From Eledone cirrhosa (lineage: Eukaryota): a stretch of DNA of 64,000 nucleotides. The stretch covers positions 25,730,001-25,794,000 of the forward strand of contig OZ024742.1 in assembly GCA_964016885.1 (NCBI GenBank). Direction: 5' to 3'. Both the position numbers and the translations under genes were made by a program. The notes beneath the pieces are model-generated. The model had not been told where the DNA came from, did no database searches, and saw only the letters and a program-made list of their open reading frames with translations. Shown here piece by piece: positions 58,575 to 64,000 of this stretch (its first letter is position 1; each line of letters opens with the position of its first letter).

Positions 58575-59131
58575 AATTAATATAAATTAATATATGATAA
58601 ACACTAATACAATTATATAAGTGTTTGTATTGCAAATGACCAAGTTAGCTAGATTGAAAAATACTAATTAAATTAATACAATTTGCCTGTTTCGATTTAA
58701 AATAATAAATCAATAAAAACAAACCCATATTGGCAATAGCCGCGATACCTGGACAAATTTAAATTTCAAAACCCAAATCTGTTTCGCAGACAAATTTAAA
58801 TTTCAAAACTCAAATCCGTTTCGCAACGATAAGTGAAAATTCCATTTCTTTGCTCTTCTGCAGGTATCCAGAAATTGGTATGTTTCACCTCAAAATACTT
58901 AGGAGGACTGAGAGAAAAGTGTTGAACGCACATGGTTTCTCAGCGCCTAGCCAGTCCTATACTCGTGCCGCTAGAAATAACAGCCGTTTTTGGTATTTCA
59001 CGGCTCAGAAATAACTCTTTCTTTGAGCTATTTAATTGTAAAAGACTGTTTGAGTTTATAACTCTATATATAGTATATATATATATATATATCAACTAGA
59101 AATTGATTGACATATATATATATATACATAC

Positions 59132-59171
<40 letters not shown>

Positions 59172-59283
59172 ATACATATATATATATATATATGTATATA
59201 AAAGTAAACAGAAATAACAAGACAATCGGTACAGTATATGGAAGGGATATATTAGGTTAACGCTTGATATAGCAGGAAGAGGG

Positions 59284-59319
59284 TCATAACGTTTCGGACG
59301 CTAGTCCTTCATCAGAAGA
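59284..59319 (-). ncRNA. Ultra-minimal hammerhead (stem III = ACGT); degraded homolog at 63465-63500
   Basis: TCTT-CTGATGA-a-GGAC tagc GTCC-GAAA-CG-TT-ATGA. Flanks 59200-59340 align with 63380-63520, where stem I is TCTT/AAGA. Confidence 0.7.
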
Positions 59320-59650
59320 AAGTATGAGAAATAAGATAGATTGACGTGACAGGGATTGGTATCGGAAAAAATGTCTTGTTTGTGTGTGTTTGTGTAAAGA
59401 AACTGGTTCTTTCTATAACATTTCTAAACACTATTATTAACCACACAATACCTTGTCCTTTTTAATTCTTATTAATTTATTGATGTGGCATTCGTTCTAT
59501 TCTCTCTATCTCGCTTGTTAACTCCTTTCCTTCCCACTTCTCCTTTCTTTCTCTCCCTTTCTCTCTCTCTCCCTCGCCCACTCACGTATTCTCCCCCTTC
59601 TCACTCACTCATTTCTCCTCTTCTCTCCCACCATCTATTCCCTTTCTCCG

Positions 59651-59684
<34 letters not shown>

Positions 59685-60142
59685 GTGCACCCTCACTACT
59701 TCGTTCCCCTTTCTCGCTCCATCTTTGGCCTAGTTCTTGCTAAGATCAGATTCGCTTTTAATAAGTTCTCAGGCTTTACACCCGGTGTCTTTTTAACTAA
59801 TTCGCCCCTCCCCCTTGGTTACTGCTAGATAGATGTTATTGTCTTGTGTTCCCCGTCTCTATCGGTATGTTTTCTGTTCTTTTTCTTTTGTTTATTTTCT
59901 GTTTATTCTCTTTGCTATCGTCTCTTTTTTTCATCTTTTCCTTCCCTAAAAACTTTCTGAAGTTATTGACGTACAGTGGATATCTGTATTGTCATTAATG
60001 CGTCGAAACATCCGCGACCCATAGTAGACAACTGAAGAAGGGAATATTCGTATGTTTATGTTTCCATTACATTTCCATTAAATTTCTAAACACTCTCTCT
60101 CCCCCACTCTCTCTCCTCTCTCTCTCTATATATATACATACA

Positions 60143-60216
<74 letters not shown>

Positions 60217-60231
60217 TGTATGTATATATAT

Positions 60232-60536
60232 ATCAGGAAAGAAGAGTGACACGGTTTGCTATACAAAAAAGGTTTTTAATCTCATTGCTGACAATTGTTT
60301 CTCTGAACTGGTAGGTCTAGAGATCGCTACCCGCTTGTTTTCACGTCATTCGATCACCAATACATAGTTATACAAGCTCCGATGAATTGACTGGTTATAA
60401 CTATATGTTGGTGATCGAATGACGTGAAAACAAGCGGGTAGCGATCTCTAGACCTACCCGTTCAGAGAAACAATTGTCAGCAATGAGATTAAAAACATTT
60501 TTTGTATAGCAAGCCGTGTCACTCTTCTTTCCTGAT
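60232..60536. repeat. Fold-back inverted repeat, ~140-bp arms with ~25-bp spacer
   Basis: atcaggaaagaagagtgacacgg...tagttata and its reverse complement. Confidence 0.95.
60376..60481 (+). ncRNA. Hammerhead-like motif, CCGATGA variant with ~80-nt stem II region
   Basis: GCT-CCGATGA-a-TTGA...CGGGTAG/CTACCCG hairpin...TCAG-a-GAAA-CAATTG-TC-AGC. Confidence 0.55.
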
Positions 60537-60707
60537 TTATCATTACACCAAGTGTTAACAACATAGGAATTACTGCGTACTCGCAGCATCACTATGGAAA
60601 CGCCTTGTTGAGTCAAACTTAGCCAAGCGTTGATATCATCCACTACCCAGAGTACCCTAACTGGACTACACCTAAGTGGACTACCTACAACAATAATCTG
60701 TTACCCC

Positions 60708-60789
<82 letters not shown>

Positions 60790-60924
60790 CAGAGATAGGG
60801 GAGAGAGAGAGAGTTTAAAAGCCTACATATTAGATATGTGTATATATTTATACACGTTTGTGCATTCTGGGTTATAGAATCTGTATTTATGCAGACACAC
60901 CCACACGGACACACACACACACAT

Positions 60925-61005
<81 letters not shown>

Positions 61006-61302
61006 TGTGTGTTTACAAGTATATTTGTATGTATGCGTCACTTTGCTTTACTAATTGTGTTTTGTTTCATCACTAGAAAACAATAATGTATTAGAGTAAC
61101 ATGGCGTCAAATTAAATATCCCAGCATGCTCGACTCAAATCCGTGATATTACCGTGACATTGTACAGCGTCTTTCTCCACCTCCACCAATAAACAATAAT
61201 TTGCCTCGTGGACTTGATATTTAACATAATTTCCTACCTCTGCCTCCTCCTCATAATTTCATTTTCTTTGCTTTCTACTTCCTCTGCTGTAGTTTGTCTT
61301 GA

Positions 61303-61453
<151 letters not shown>

Positions 61454-62889
61454 TATTGTAGTCTCATTGTTGTGTAGTTTGTATGTATGTGTACGCGTTT
61501 GCCTACGTGCGTGAGGTGTGTCTGCCTGTGTGTGTGAGAGAGAGTACTTGTGTGTGACAGTGTTTGCATGTGTCAGTGCAACATGTGTGTGTATGCTGAG
61601 TATGTTAACGTGTTTATGAATGTGTACGCACCATACCTCTGTGTGAGTGAATGTACATGAGTGTGTGTATGTATGTGTTTATGTATGTAGATGTGTAAGT
61701 GTTTATGAATCTGCATGCGGTGATACATGTTTGTGAGTGGATATACATGAGTGTGTGTATGTGTGAATGTTTGTCTCTGAGTCTTTGTGAAAAAAACCCA
61801 AAAAAAACAATACAGATGTATGCGTAGGATTGGCTCAGAAAGATAGTGGAAACTGTCTGTTTTCAGAGAACTTGTACTCTTTGACATTTTCAATGAAACT
61901 TTTACCAAAATTTTGATGTCACAATACATTATACAGACTTTGAAAAGACGCTAGTTAAACTTTCACGACGTCAAAATTGAATCGGTAGCCCCTGTAGCTA
62001 TATTTTTTTAATTTCTTTAAAAACTCATACTTTCTTTTGTTTTTCTTGTCAATTTTGTTTCCGTTTTCTTTTTTCCTTTCGTTTCGTTTCGTTTTATTTT
62101 ACATTCCTTCGTTTACTAGAATTTTTTTTTTTTTTTTACAAGACTGATTGATTAAACGAGATGTTGATTTAAACTTCAAAATTGCCTCAAGATATCCAAG
62201 TTTCACATCAGCTCAATAACTGGGATTCAAAGATATGCAAAGAAAACAGCAATGAAATGTGAAATGTTATATCTGATCAGAACTGGCTACACTAAAAATC
62301 TAAGATATTTATTGAAAAGATAATTTGGCTACTCCACCCCTTGACACCGCTGGGTAGCTGTGCCACGACATTTCTTTCTTACATCCGGTTTCATGGCGTG
62401 AAGCGGATGAGAGAGAAATATTTACAATCCATATGATACATTTCACAGCCGCTGGTAATAAATATCCTACAGATAATCTGCTACTAAATAGTTCATCTGT
62501 AATTTAGGTAAACCAAACGTAATACAACATAGAGCGTTCTGTCGTAATTCTGCTACAGGTTTCAGTAATTAGTGAGTTGCCATGCTGGGATTTCACTTTA
62601 AGGAAATCTAGATCAAACCTCACTGATTGGACCTCAGCAACGAACTTCGATAATTAGTCCCAGAACGGCCCCCTTTGAGTTGATGCACATCGGGTTGCCG
62701 GGCATATTGCAAAGGTAATGCCTCTAAAATGAGCACTAATATAAAGGTTGGAGCTGATGAGGAATGTAGTCTACTAATAAATTGTAATCAAAATCACACC
62801 TATAAACAGATGTGCTTATTGATTAAGTGTCGTTAATAAAATCATGACGCCAAAAACGAATTATTAACATAAACAAATTCAATTAATAA

Positions 62890-63068
62890 TTGTTTCTACT
62901 TTTGGCACAAGGCCAACAATTACCCAGCACATTACTGGCACTTTATTTTATTGACCTCGTAAGGATGAAAGGCAAAGTTAACCTCGACGGGATTTGAACA
63001 CAGACCGTAAAGGGACGTAACTATGCTGGAAAGCATGGCGTCCGACCTTCTACCGATGCTGCCAATTC
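62890..63068 (-). mobile_element. SINE copy, same family as 22003-22380
   Basis: Closely matches 22193-22375 (tctacttttggcacaaggcca...ggatgaaaggcaaagttaacctc...ggatttgaac). Confidence 0.85.
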
Positions 63069-64000
63069 ATTTCAACTAATAATAGTGTTTAGCATGAAGT
63101 AATGGGTCAAGATTGTGAAGACGCATGGCATAGAGGTGAGAGAATAAGATTCTCAATCGTGAGTTTGATTCCCAGAGCAGGTGATACGTTGTGTCTTTGA
63201 GAAAAATACTTTAATTCACGCTGCTTTTTCTGCCAGGACTTGCTACAGGTAGGTAGTATCAGCAATGGATCTTGTCAATAGTTTTGTTATGAAAAAAATG
63301 GAATAAACCTTTGTCTGCTTTTTGGTGGTAGGAGAACATCTTTTACATACTTCGTTCGTATTAGTCTTATACGTTTGTAAAAAGGTGAACAGAAATTACA
63401 AACCAAACGACACATTATATTGAAAATATAAATTAGTTTAACGCTTGAAATAACAGGAAGAGAGTCTTAACATCTCGGACACTATTCCTTCTTCAGAAGA
63501 TAGAGTTAGACATAAAATATTAACAGATAGGTGCCCCAGCATGGCCTCAGCTGGATGGCTGGAACAGGTAAAAGAGTAAAACAGTAAAGATAAAATAGAA
63601 GGAACGGGAAAAAATTGAGAAAAAATTGTTTAAAAAAGTATATATTCAGTCAGCGAAGGCATTTCTATATCGCTACAAGGCTTTCTCGTTCGTATAATAC
63701 AGTGATTTTAATAGATTTTACAAGGATGTCAAAGAAACTGTTATTCTCATATTGTTTTCATATTTGTCTATGTTTTATCATCGTTAACTTTCACACCGAG
63801 AACATCAAAACCTGTATGAATCACTATGGTATCAACCATCACCTACATATATATATATACAATACATAAACAGAGAAAGCCTTAAGCTATACTCTGACTG
63901 GCTACCATCTCACTCAACAAACATTAGGATATACCTTAGTATAATCCCAATTTTATGTTTGGGGTGCTAAGTATATGTATTTTATGGAAAGCCAGTTGTA

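Noticed and set aside
59955-60045. CTGAAG...GACGTA/TGCGTC-GAAAC and a second CTGAAGAAGG
   Set aside because: No convincing stem I or NUH site; may be a decayed HHR but is not counted.
62750-62790. Isolated CTGATGAG (similar CTGATGA at about 58468)
   Set aside because: No stem II-GAAA partner downstream.

Overview
AT-rich, repeat-saturated eukaryotic DNA with no host gene I can support. The SINE families, (TA)n/(TATG)n tracts and Penelope-like elements point to a cephalopod (octopus-like) genome; this is an inference. It opens with a ~5.2 kb array of a 55-bp satellite. It then holds about a dozen fragments of Penelope-like retroelements (PLEs; RT and GIY-YIG endonuclease), many with inverted terminal copies, plus a Tx1/L1-type LINE, RTE and CR1-group LINE ends, a dead Tc1 transposon, a non-autonomous Helitron and several SINEs, mostly embedded in TA microsatellites. 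The main hidden signal is RNA-level: by eye I find about 27 type I hammerhead ribozyme (HHR) motifs from many distinct families. Most have the minimal palindromic stem III typical of PLEs; several have core variants (U3-A8, C or A at position 4) or long branched stem II. At 41.2-46.2 kb, non-coding HHR-bearing units of ~455-560 bp occur in tandem or partial-tandem form and look like retrozymes. One unit carries an ATGCAAAT octamer upstream of its ribozyme. All folds and alignments were read manually and boundaries are approximate. The long YI/HI-rich and His/Pro/Thr ORFs are repeat artefacts.
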